A stretch of DNA of 64,000 nucleotides, from positions 32,001-96,000 of IMG/VR virus record IMGVR_UViG_3300020576_006124, one strand, 5' to 3'. Numbering within the stretch: position 1 is the stretch's first letter; every line of letters begins with the position of its first letter. The position numbers and the translations under genes were made by a program. The notes beneath the pieces are model-generated. The model worked only from the letters and a program-made list of their open reading frames with translations. It was not told where the DNA came from and searched no databases. Below are positions 1 through 8,198 of the stretch, piece after piece. The DNA comes from a virus (taxonomy: Duplodnaviria > Caudoviricetes).

Positions 1-69
1 AGGCAATCTATCTCAACCAACTAAGATAGATTTATATTCAAAACATCTTTTAGATTTAATAGAAGTCCT

Positions 70-801
70 ATGATGCAGATTGAAGCAAAACACCTTTTTC
101 CGGAGAGAGCCAAGCATCTTATTACTAAATTAAATCTAAACAAAGAGGGAGTAATCAATAAAGAAGGTTTTAATAAAGCTAAGAGCATTCTAGAAACCAC
201 AACATTCTGGCATAATGATCAGAAAGGTGGTATAGAATCTTTCTTACCAATCATTACTCCTAAATTTCCAGAATATAAATCCACCCAATTAGATTTTATC
301 CTTAGTTCTATCTCAGGTATTGTATTAAAAGGAGAATATGCTTACTATGGGAAAAGGTTCGATACCCCTTCTATTATCTTAAATCATTCCCCAGTTCTAG
401 TACTCCCTACTTTCGTTTTGATTCCTGGTCGCCAAGAGGATTACTACCCTTTTACCTTAACTTTAACTACTAAAGAATTAATAAGAGAGTCCGTACTGAT
501 TTCCCTTAATAACGACGGGGATCTTAAAAGTACTTCAATAACAGATGATTACCTGGAAAAGTTAGGACAATTAGATGAAAGAGAGGCTATCTTAGTTAAA
601 GGCCCTACTTGTGAATGGATTAAAGGTCTAAGGGAGATTAGCCAAAGCCATAATACAAATCAGGTAGATTTATTTGAACCCTGTGTAAGAACTTTAGAAA
701 TGTTCTGCATTCAAAACAATTTTACTTGTAAAGGACAGCAATTAAATGAACGCATACAGCTTCCCTATAACATTCTCGAAAGTCTCTTTGAGTTTCTATG
801 A
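70..801 (+). CDS. Hypothetical protein, member 1 of a 3-paralog family with a conserved Cys-Glu (AILVKGPTCE)
   Basis: 243-aa ORF; C-terminal third resembles 798..1421 and 1991..2716. Confidence 0.6.
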   Translation: MMQIEAKHLFPERAKHLITKLNLNKEGVINKEGFNKAKSILETTTFWHNDQKGGIESFLPIITPKFPEYKSTQLDFILSSISGIVLKGEYAYYGKRFDTPSIILNHSPVLVLPTFVLIPGRQEDYYPFTLTLTTKELIRESVLISLNNDGDLKSTSITDDYLEKLGQLDEREAILVKGPTCEWIKGLREISQSHNTNQVDLFEPCVRTLEMFCIQNNFTCKGQQLNERIQLPYNILESLFEFL

Positions 802-1421
802 GTACGGATTTTAATTCTCTTTCTGGGATTGATATAAGCTTAGTAGGGGATAGAATTGAGATTAGAAGCAGATTTTATCCACTTTCTCCTGTCATCCATG
901 CTAGATTTATTTGCGCGGGATTAATAAGTACTTCTACCCCTATACCTGGAGTAGAACTAAATATTAACGACGTTTCTTGTACTATTTCAGAGTGTGTCTT
1001 CTTCATTCCTTTTGCTGATAGTAAAGAAACATTTATGGAAGAAGATTTACATATAGTTCCTGGATTTTTAGCTAAAAATCCAAATAATGGAAATCATATT
1101 TTAGGTTTTTCGACAAAAAAATTGATACTTAATAATTCTATACATCGTTCTGAGAACATACCTAGGGAAAAGATTAGTCCTTATCTTTCTAGATTCTCAG
1201 ATTCAGATCTTATTTTTATAAAAAGCAAAGAATGTGAATATGACTCAGGTTACTTTGATTCAAGCTGTCACTATATCGCACAGAAGACTTACTTAGAACC
1301 ATTCCCTAGAACGGTAGAAGAATTTGTCCTAGGTTACTTAGAAAGACCTTTTGAGGGGAAGAAACCTTCCCCAAAATTAAAGGTAGCAAAAGAACTAGGT
1401 GAATTAATAGAGATCCTTTAG
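798..1421 (+). CDS. Hypothetical protein, paralog family member 2 (LIFIKSKECE)
   Basis: 207-aa ORF with ATGA overlap to the upstream gene; shared CE motif and C-terminal helix. Confidence 0.6.
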   Translation: MSTDFNSLSGIDISLVGDRIEIRSRFYPLSPVIHARFICAGLISTSTPIPGVELNINDVSCTISECVFFIPFADSKETFMEEDLHIVPGFLAKNPNNGNHILGFSTKKLILNNSIHRSENIPREKISPYLSRFSDSDLIFIKSKECEYDSGYFDSSCHYIAQKTYLEPFPRTVEEFVLGYLERPFEGKKPSPKLKVAKELGELIEIL

Positions 1422-1460
1422 TACAATTTTTCTTGGACAGTCGAAAGACTGGTCTTCGGA
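1422..1460 (+). promoter_or_regulatory. Putative -10 box (TACAAT) followed by a 5' leader hairpin with GAAA tetraloop
   Basis: TACAAT 1422-1427; stem cagtc-GAAA-gactg 1438-1451, extendable to 1436-1454; overlapping tc-TTCG-ga 1453-1460. Confidence 0.45.
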
Positions 1461-1478
1461 GATAAAAAAAACGAAACT

Positions 1479-1916
1479 ATGAATAGCTACTCTAGCAATT
1501 CCCGAGTCACGATTTTTGTGACTGCGGGTAAGGGCTCTACAACGCCCGAAGTTCTTTCTCTTAGTGATCTGGGAGTTGACCCAGCTAACTACACTGCAGC
1601 GACTGCCAATCAGTCTATTCAGGAGAAGATGGTGGAACTCATCGTCGAAAATCCTAATTTGACCGCTGATGCTTTGACTAAGCTTGCCCAAGCAAGTCAG
1701 GCTCTGGATGGGGCAGACCCCTCTAAGCTTCTCCCTGCAAAGGTTGTGGATGCTGTTTACGATCGACTCACTACGCACAGCCTCTATCAAGGAGCTACAG
1801 CAGAAAAGAAGCTTCAGGTTAAGAAGGGGGATCTTCAAATCTCTCAGAACCCCCACCCAACCAATCCTGATCTGTCAACCTTTACAATTACGGTTCCCAG
1901 TACCTGGGGATTCTAA
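1479..1916 (+). CDS. Putative ubiquitin-like (beta-grasp) protein with C-terminal W-G-F
   Basis: VTIFVTAGKGSTTPEV resembles ubiquitin MQIFVKTLTGKTITLEV; STFTITVPSTWG aligns without gaps to ubiquitin STLHLVLRLRGG; E1-like gene two ORFs downstream. Confidence 0.55.
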   Translation: MNSYSSNSRVTIFVTAGKGSTTPEVLSLSDLGVDPANYTAATANQSIQEKMVELIVENPNLTADALTKLAQASQALDGADPSKLLPAKVVDAVYDRLTTHSLYQGATAEKKLQVKKGDLQISQNPHPTNPDLSTFTITVPSTWGF

Positions 1917-1932
1917 TCTAGAGGAAATGGAT

Positions 1933-1958
1933 TTGGGGGGAGGTAATACTCCCCCCAA
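1933..1958 (+). terminator. Perfect 10-bp hairpin after the Ubl-like gene (terminator or 3' stabiliser)
   Basis: ttggggggag-gtaata-ctccccccaa; no immediate U-tract. Confidence 0.55.
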
Positions 1959-1990
1959 CCAGAGCTTTAAAGCAGGAGTGGTATAACCAA

Positions 1991-2716
1991 ATGAATCTAG
2001 ATCTAGTCTTCAAGACTTACCAAAAAAATCCAAACGCCATTTCAGGGAATTTTATCCACGGTAGCTTCTCTAGTACTGCTCTTCATCCTTTTTTTAATAG
2101 CGGACTAGATGAGGTTATTGAATCTATTAATCAAACTTTCAGGGGAGAGTTTAAGTCTGATGTGGTTCCCTGCTTTGGGTTCTATTTCAACGACGGGACA
2201 TCTTCACTGCATGCAGCTGCGAAACTAAATAAGTGTACCGTTATAGATTTTAGTTTAGTGGAGAAGGAGAACCTTTGTCCCTTTGCCGTTAGTAAAGGCT
2301 CTTCCCTTCCCAAAAACTATAAGATTACCTGCAACGAGAAAAGTTGTTTATTTGCGGGGAGGGCTTACATTATTAACCCTATCCATCTAGAGAGTAATAC
2401 TAGATTGGGATTCTATATGATCGCTCATATAGATGAAGTATCAAAATTCTATAACGATTTTGTCTCTGAGGAGTATTCAAATAGGGTGATAGAGACGTTT
2501 AAGGGCGAAGAATGGGTATATATCAGCTCTACCAACTGTGAGAGAGTTACTCCTAGTAGTAAACAAGAATCTATTCATTTACTTAATCCTATAGACTACC
2601 CATTTACTCCTTACAATTACTTAATATCGAGAGCTCTACTACAAGCTGAAGTAATAAAACCTATATCTTTTAAAGACTTGGGGTTACTAGCTGAATTGGC
2701 TAGTGTATTGGGTTAG
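1991..2716 (+). CDS. Hypothetical protein, paralog family member 3 (WVYISSTNCE)
   Basis: 241-aa ORF between the Ubl-like and E1-like genes. Confidence 0.6.
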   Translation: MNLDLVFKTYQKNPNAISGNFIHGSFSSTALHPFFNSGLDEVIESINQTFRGEFKSDVVPCFGFYFNDGTSSLHAAAKLNKCTVIDFSLVEKENLCPFAVSKGSSLPKNYKITCNEKSCLFAGRAYIINPIHLESNTRLGFYMIAHIDEVSKFYNDFVSEEYSNRVIETFKGEEWVYISSTNCERVTPSSKQESIHLLNPIDYPFTPYNYLISRALLQAEVIKPISFKDLGLLAELASVLG

Positions 2717-2724
2717 TCAAAGAA

Positions 2725-3495
2725 ATGAATGTACTTGTCATTGGAAGTGGTGCCGTTGGAAGTTTTGCAGTTAATTATATTGCAAGACTTTCTAGGACTC
2801 AGAATTTACCATTAGCTCTCGTTTTAGCAGACTTTGATACTGTCGAAGAGAGAAATGTTTATAGTCAGGACTTTACCTTTGAGGATATAGGAAAGAATAA
2901 GGCAGAAGTTACTGCTAAGAAAGCCTCAGAGTACATTAACAGCATAACTGCCTTTCCTGAGAAGGTAACCCCTGAAAACTTAAAGTCTTTACATGAAGAG
3001 TATAACTTCGATTGTATAGTTATCACGGTAGATAACCAATTTTCCCGAGTAGTTCTTAACACAGCTGGAACCATGGGTCTAAAAATTCCAGTACTACATT
3101 CTTCCATAAACTTAAATGGTACTGGTCAAGTATCTTGGTCCTACTTTAGCTCAGCTAAAAACTGTTATAGGTCTTCTTGGCCGGAAGACCCGGATAAACT
3201 TACTGCGGAGCAGCTTACTTCTCTTATGAGCCCAGAGAAAACCTCATCTCCTCCCCCTTGTGAGTTATTCCCTTTTGTACCTCTGATTCAAACTGCCGCT
3301 ATGGAGACAGCTTTGTCCTTGAGCACCTTTATAGGAAATGACCTTCATAAGGAAGTACTAAAGGTTCTTCGGGATAAAGGTACTCCCGAAGAAACTCTCC
3401 AAAATCTACCTACTAGTACCAAAGGATTTATGCTATCGAGAATTATCTCATTTAACACTAGTACCCTAACAGATCTTTTTCACCAAGATGCCTAA
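2725..3495 (+). CDS. ThiF/MoeB/E1-family adenylyltransferase
   Basis: GSGAVGS nucleotide-binding loop, ADFDTVEERNVYSQ, DIGKNKAEV, TVDN..SR, crossover-loop PPPCE (Cys179). Confidence 0.92.
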   Translation: MNVLVIGSGAVGSFAVNYIARLSRTQNLPLALVLADFDTVEERNVYSQDFTFEDIGKNKAEVTAKKASEYINSITAFPEKVTPENLKSLHEEYNFDCIVITVDNQFSRVVLNTAGTMGLKIPVLHSSINLNGTGQVSWSYFSSAKNCYRSSWPEDPDKLTAEQLTSLMSPEKTSSPPPCELFPFVPLIQTAAMETALSLSTFIGNDLHKEVLKVLRDKGTPEETLQNLPTSTKGFMLSRIISFNTSTLTDLFHQDA

Positions 3496-5818
3496 AAAAA
3501 AGAGTAAATTCGGCAATAAGTCTAAAATTCATTCTACAGAAAGTAAAAATAATATACCACAAAAAAAAAGAAAAAACAGAAGGTACGAAGATTTGAGCTA
3601 CATCGAAGAATTTTACGGTCAAGGGAATCACGGGATGCATACAACTACTCACTACTACTCATCTAAGAAATGTAGAGTATTTGGAGTATGTGCAGAGGAG
3701 ACCCCTGATCAGATTATTTTCTGTGATGGATACTCCAACTATAAAGAGGAGGAGTTACGAAAACAACTAGCCATTCATTTCAAGTTTAAAAACTACGCTT
3801 GGCCCGATGGTACAAATTTTCAGGTTTTCATCGTACCTAAAAAGAATCTTCCTTATATTAAAAAAATCTCTTCAAATAAAAGTGTCCTTTGCTGTGCCCA
3901 TGACGGTACTAAGGCTTATTTAAAGGCACATCTCGGAATTGAATTACAGTCCTCTGATAGGGATTGGTACTGTAATCACCCACAGACAGAAAGTAGTGGT
4001 CTTCCAGCACATTTTACCTTCCCTGTAATTCAATCTCTGATTAAGCCTTACAATATAGGTTTCTCAGAAATAATGGTAAAGATTCCTATGAATCTTGCCT
4101 TCCCTGAAGGATTTACTTTCCAGGATTTATACGGAAGTTATATGGAAGCCCTTGGTTGGCATCCTCTTTCTATTGCTTTATGTAATACAATTTCTGAGCC
4201 TACTCACGAAAATATTATAAACCTTCTAGAGCAAACCTTAAAAGAGATTCAATCTAATGAGTCCTATAGTGATCTTATTAAAGATAAACTAAGTGAACCG
4301 TATAGAAACGCTATAAAAGCTCAAAAAACAGCTCGGTTCACTTTCTTTAAAGAGGATCAAGAAGTCTGGGGTAAAGCATGGGTCATTACTCGGGAAGGGG
4401 TAGCTAATGGAAGAGGGGGTGTTGGACACGCTGAGTATATGGCTGTTAGAGAAAGAAAATCTAATATCTATCAGGCATTTAGATTTGATCACCTAAGTAA
4501 CTGCAATTACTCTTCAGAGCCTTTCCTTTTAGATTATGATCTGGAACAAAACTATACCTATCAAATAGATCCAGACCTTATCATGATTGAACAGGTCAAC
4601 AGCAAGGGAGAATTAGAGTTAAAGAAACTACAGTTCATGATTAACTCTTCCTACTCTCCAAATAATAGCAGTAATGTTATCTACGGAAGGGGGAACAGTG
4701 GTTCAACCGGGGCAGCTTATCATCCCTCTGTAACCGCAAACCCCTTAGAAGGAAGTCTAGACGCTTACGAACTTGCTAAAACACTATTAGCAGAAAATGA
4801 GAATAGTAAAATTACTAGGTCTCTTTCTTCTAATAGCCCTTTGACTGTAACCCACTTCAACGTTGAAGATACTGCAGTAGAAGCTCAGTCGGGAATGTTC
4901 GATTTCGTTAACTCTACTGGGTACAATCTATTTGAAAATATGATGGAAGATTATCTTGATCCTAAAGACCTTCCGAATTTACTCCCACTATATTATATAG
5001 ATGTAGACACTCAGATTTCCGATTTGAGTACCCTTGATAAAATCTACCAATCCTTTGCTTTGGGTTCAGTGAACGAAAGTGGTCTAAGGTCTGTATTTAA
5101 GTCTATAAAGGATAGTGTTTTCTATGAAACATGCTCTCCTGCTTCTTTTTTATGGGTAATGGATGAGAATCTCCCTAGAGAGATTAACTCTGAGTTTTTG
5201 AGAGTTCTTACTAAAGAGTGGGAAGAAGTTGCCTTTCCTTATATCTTAAAAGAATCTTTTGGGCCAAGTAATTCCTCAGAATTCTTTAACCTAAAGAAAT
5301 CTATTACCTCTATTCCTAATATTAAGTCAATCAAGGCTTCTACGGAGATCTTAGAGTCTAAGCTGGGAACTAACTTTATTGCATTTTTGCATACAAAAAA
5401 TCATAGACCTGACTTACTCTCATGTTGGAGTTCTCCAATGAGTCCTAAGTCTCAATTTGAGTATTTTAAATTATCTGTAGTTAATGGCTTCTTGAAACTT
5501 TTAGACACCTTTAGTGAATCATTAATTAGTGACTGTGAAGACCTATCCTGTACTACAGAAGATATAATAAATTCTTATTATGATAATTTTAGAGCAATAC
5601 TTGCTAATATGCCTGGTAAATACCGGATAGAAGATAGTGAAGAGTTTGTATCCAATCTTGGTAACGCTGCTAGGTATTATGATGTATATTATTTTGCTGT
5701 AGCTGTTTTAGCCCTGTCTGATAATCCAGATATATGTTCCCTAAGACATAAACTAGCAAGCATTCTTCATATCTTAATTTTTAATGTAACTGATTTTTCC
5801 ACTACAGGAGTTTGTTAA
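3488..5818 (+). CDS. Large hypothetical protein, basic N-terminus, overlapping the E1 stop codon
   Basis: 776-aa ORF; no family recognised. Confidence 0.7.
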   Translation: MPKKKSKFGNKSKIHSTESKNNIPQKKRKNRRYEDLSYIEEFYGQGNHGMHTTTHYYSSKKCRVFGVCAEETPDQIIFCDGYSNYKEEELRKQLAIHFKFKNYAWPDGTNFQVFIVPKKNLPYIKKISSNKSVLCCAHDGTKAYLKAHLGIELQSSDRDWYCNHPQTESSGLPAHFTFPVIQSLIKPYNIGFSEIMVKIPMNLAFPEGFTFQDLYGSYMEALGWHPLSIALCNTISEPTHENIINLLEQTLKEIQSNESYSDLIKDKLSEPYRNAIKAQKTARFTFFKEDQEVWGKAWVITREGVANGRGGVGHAEYMAVRERKSNIYQAFRFDHLSNCNYSSEPFLLDYDLEQNYTYQIDPDLIMIEQVNSKGELELKKLQFMINSSYSPNNSSNVIYGRGNSGSTGAAYHPSVTANPLEGSLDAYELAKTLLAENENSKITRSLSSNSPLTVTHFNVEDTAVEAQSGMFDFVNSTGYNLFENMMEDYLDPKDLPNLLPLYYIDVDTQISDLSTLDKIYQSFALGSVNESGLRSVFKSIKDSVFYETCSPASFLWVMDENLPREINSEFLRVLTKEWEEVAFPYILKESFGPSNSSEFFNLKKSITSIPNIKSIKASTEILESKLGTNFIAFLHTKNHRPDLLSCWSSPMSPKSQFEYFKLSVVNGFLKLLDTFSESLISDCEDLSCTTEDIINSYYDNFRAILANMPGKYRIEDSEEFVSNLGNAARYYDVYYFAVAVLALSDNPDICSLRHKLASILHILIFNVTDFSTTGVC

Positions 5819-5824
5819 AACGAA

Positions 5825-6970
5825 TTGAACCTACATAAACTTGATATAATTTACGACAAAGGTAAGGTCTCATCCTTTGGGTTCAGGGACCTTACCTTCC
5901 TTGGTAACTACTCCATTTTAGGGAGTAGGATGTACTCTCAACCTAAGGCTAGAGTCCTGGACTATGGTCATGCTCTCCCCATAATCAATGCCAATATGTC
6001 TAATATAGCTGGTATTGATATGATTAAGGCTCTACTTATCAACGAGTGTTTTGCCAGCACATCGAGATTTCACTGGAAAAACGAAGACTACAAGTCTAAA
6101 CTACAAAGCTTGATAGAAAGTAACCCTGAGTATCTTTCTAATCTATTCTTTAGTATTGGTGCTTCTTCAGAAGACCTAAGAATCCTAAAAGAGTTTTGTC
6201 ATAAGATCTACCTAACTGTATTAAATAAACTACCACATACAAACTATAAATTTAACCTTCTTATTGATGTTGCTCATGCTAACAGCATTGCCGTAAGCAA
6301 CTTTATGAAGAATAATACCTTTGACGAGTTTAATATTTTCATAGGCAATTACTTTGGCCATGAATATAAAGAATTCGACAGATTATACTCTTTAGGCATA
6401 AAAGGTATTAGAGTAGGGATAGGCCAAGGAGGAAGTTGTCTTACAACTAATGGAACAACATTCGGACTTCCTACCCTAACTTCTGTATACCTTGCTGACC
6501 GATGGAGAAGAGAAAAGGGAATAAATCCCTCAGACTTCATTATTATTGCTGATGGTGGTATTACTGGCCCTGGAGACATTATTAAGTGTTTACATTTTGG
6601 GGCTAATATAGTCTGTCTTGGATCGTATCTTTCAGATTGTAAAGAAAGACCCGGAAGATTAAAAAGAGACTGGCTTAAATTTGGAAAACCTTACAAGGAA
6701 TTTTATGGAATGTCTTCTCACAAATCCATTAAGGAAAGAGTTGGGCTAGTAAGAGAAGGAATCTCCTCAGAGGGATTAGTTAAGAAGGTTTATATAAAGA
6801 CCGAGGTGGCTCATAAGGTATCTGATTTCGCTTCCTTTTTAAGATCTGCTATATCTTATGCTGGAGTTGAAACAGTAGATCATCTGCATCATAAGTGTGA
6901 CTTTGAGTTTATTAGCCCTAGTGTAGCAGCTTATAACGCGAGTAAAGATGAATTCCTTAGAAAGTACTAA
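5825..6970 (+). CDS. guaC: GMP reductase-like protein (IMPDH/GMPR family, no CBS domains)
   Basis: IDVAHAN, RVGIGQGGSCLT (catalytic Cys), IIADGGI, GDIIK, FYGMSS...SEG; the flap region resembles GMPR more than IMPDH. Confidence 0.8.
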   Translation: MNLHKLDIIYDKGKVSSFGFRDLTFLGNYSILGSRMYSQPKARVLDYGHALPIINANMSNIAGIDMIKALLINECFASTSRFHWKNEDYKSKLQSLIESNPEYLSNLFFSIGASSEDLRILKEFCHKIYLTVLNKLPHTNYKFNLLIDVAHANSIAVSNFMKNNTFDEFNIFIGNYFGHEYKEFDRLYSLGIKGIRVGIGQGGSCLTTNGTTFGLPTLTSVYLADRWRREKGINPSDFIIIADGGITGPGDIIKCLHFGANIVCLGSYLSDCKERPGRLKRDWLKFGKPYKEFYGMSSHKSIKERVGLVREGISSEGLVKKVYIKTEVAHKVSDFASFLRSAISYAGVETVDHLHHKCDFEFISPSVAAYNASKDEFLRKY

Positions 6971-7232
6971 CTTGGAAAATAACTATTACTCCGTTATTAT
7001 TCCAGGTAAGGTTTCATGGTACAACACTTCTGAGAAAAATTTAACCACTTATTACATTTTCTTTGATAAAGAATTCGCTTTCAATTATGCTTCTGCTAAT
7101 ATAGGTGAATCCTTTATAGTTAAACAAATAGATTTAGAACATTTTAAGGAGAATTTACCTACATCTCTCTTTGGTAAAGTAATTATAAAATATTTAGAAA
7201 AAGACTTACCTAGTTACCAGGAGGAATTATGA
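6948..7232 (+). CDS. Hypothetical protein
   Basis: 94-aa ORF in a tightly packed run. Confidence 0.55.
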   Translation: MNSLESTNLENNYYSVIIPGKVSWYNTSEKNLTTYYIFFDKEFAFNYASANIGESFIVKQIDLEHFKENLPTSLFGKVIIKYLEKDLPSYQEEL

Positions 7233-7245
7233 TTTTTAATACCCT

Positions 7246-7557
7246 ATGGATTATTATTTTCCATCGAACATTAATGGAGAAGAATTAAAAAATCTTATCT
7301 TAACTGATGAAGATTTAAGAATACCTGTTTTATTCTCTAACAGCGTTCCGATGTTAATACCGAAAAATATATATTGTCACTATGAACAGACTGATCTAGA
7401 ACTTAAATGTCTAGCCTGCTCTCCTGTTCTTCCCCCAGATGGTAACTCATCTGTGAATATAAAGTATGTTCCTTACCATCAACTTAAAACTTTAGGAGCA
7501 GACTTAGCGTTATTTGGTCCCGATTTTTCTAGGCCAACCACCCTATTTTTAAGATAA
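7246..7557 (+). CDS. Hypothetical protein
   Basis: 103-aa ORF. Confidence 0.55.
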   Translation: MDYYFPSNINGEELKNLILTDEDLRIPVLFSNSVPMLIPKNIYCHYEQTDLELKCLACSPVLPPDGNSSVNIKYVPYHQLKTLGADLALFGPDFSRPTTLFLR

Positions 7558-7865
7558 TGAGTAAGGACTATAAAAAGATTTATGAAGAAAGAGCTGACTT
7601 TTTCCTGGAGGAAGCAGAAAAGTACATACAATGTTTTGAAGAACTAAAAACTTTAGAATATCAAATAGATTCTTCTCTATCTTCTTTAGGCTACTCCTCT
7701 TATTCAGAACTAGGAAAGAACGAACTAGAAAGAAAATCTAGCTTGAGATCCTTACTCCCAAACGAGTGTGCTCGAATAGACATGCTAAGAGTAATATACG
7801 AGACTAGAAAAAATAAATTAGAAATATTAAAGTTTTATATAGAAACTTTAAGACCTCTTATCTAA
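7557..7865 (+). CDS. Hypothetical helical protein
   Basis: 102-aa ORF, TAATG overlap. Confidence 0.55.
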   Translation: MSKDYKKIYEERADFFLEEAEKYIQCFEELKTLEYQIDSSLSSLGYSSYSELGKNELERKSSLRSLLPNECARIDMLRVIYETRKNKLEILKFYIETLRPLI

Positions 7866-7870
7866 TAACT

Positions 7871-8170
7871 ATGAACAATACCCTTAATACCAATCACATC
7901 ACTGTCTCAAACGGCGTAATGTATCTAATGTCATCGTTTGCACAAAAGTACTTGAAGGCAACCTATACTCACTGTAAGGTAACAGCCTCTGACAACAACC
8001 TGACTATTACCTTCTCTGATAAGAAAATGACTGGCTATTTACCTGTTAGGGCCTATCCAAATAGATCTTCATACAGAATCCCAGTCGGTATGGTTTTAGC
8101 CTCTACTATGGGGTCGTCCTATAAGATGACTTCTAATACGGGAAGAACTTTTAAGTTCTCAGTTAGCTAA
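7871..8170 (+). CDS. Hypothetical beta-rich basic protein
   Basis: 99-aa ORF. Confidence 0.55.
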   Translation: MNNTLNTNHITVSNGVMYLMSSFAQKYLKATYTHCKVTASDNNLTITFSDKKMTGYLPVRAYPNRSSYRIPVGMVLASTMGSSYKMTSNTGRTFKFSVS

Positions 8171-8198
8171 CAAGGTTAAGGGGAAGAAAGAGATCACA

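Noticed and set aside
1404-1986. ORFs 1404..1856 (-) and 1684..1986 (+)
   Set aside because: Shadow frames overlapping the better-supported 1479..1916 gene.
2725-3495. ThiF as a thiamine or molybdopterin biosynthesis gene
   Set aside because: No thiS/thiG/moaD/moaE-like genes or Gly-Gly-ending carrier in the window, and the Zn-binding CxxC pairs are absent.
3950-4760. E2 (HPN..C) or JAB (HxH) motifs in the 776-aa protein: WYCNHPQTESSG, YHPSV
   Set aside because: The downstream catalytic Cys or second His/Asp is missing; the resemblance is too weak to call.
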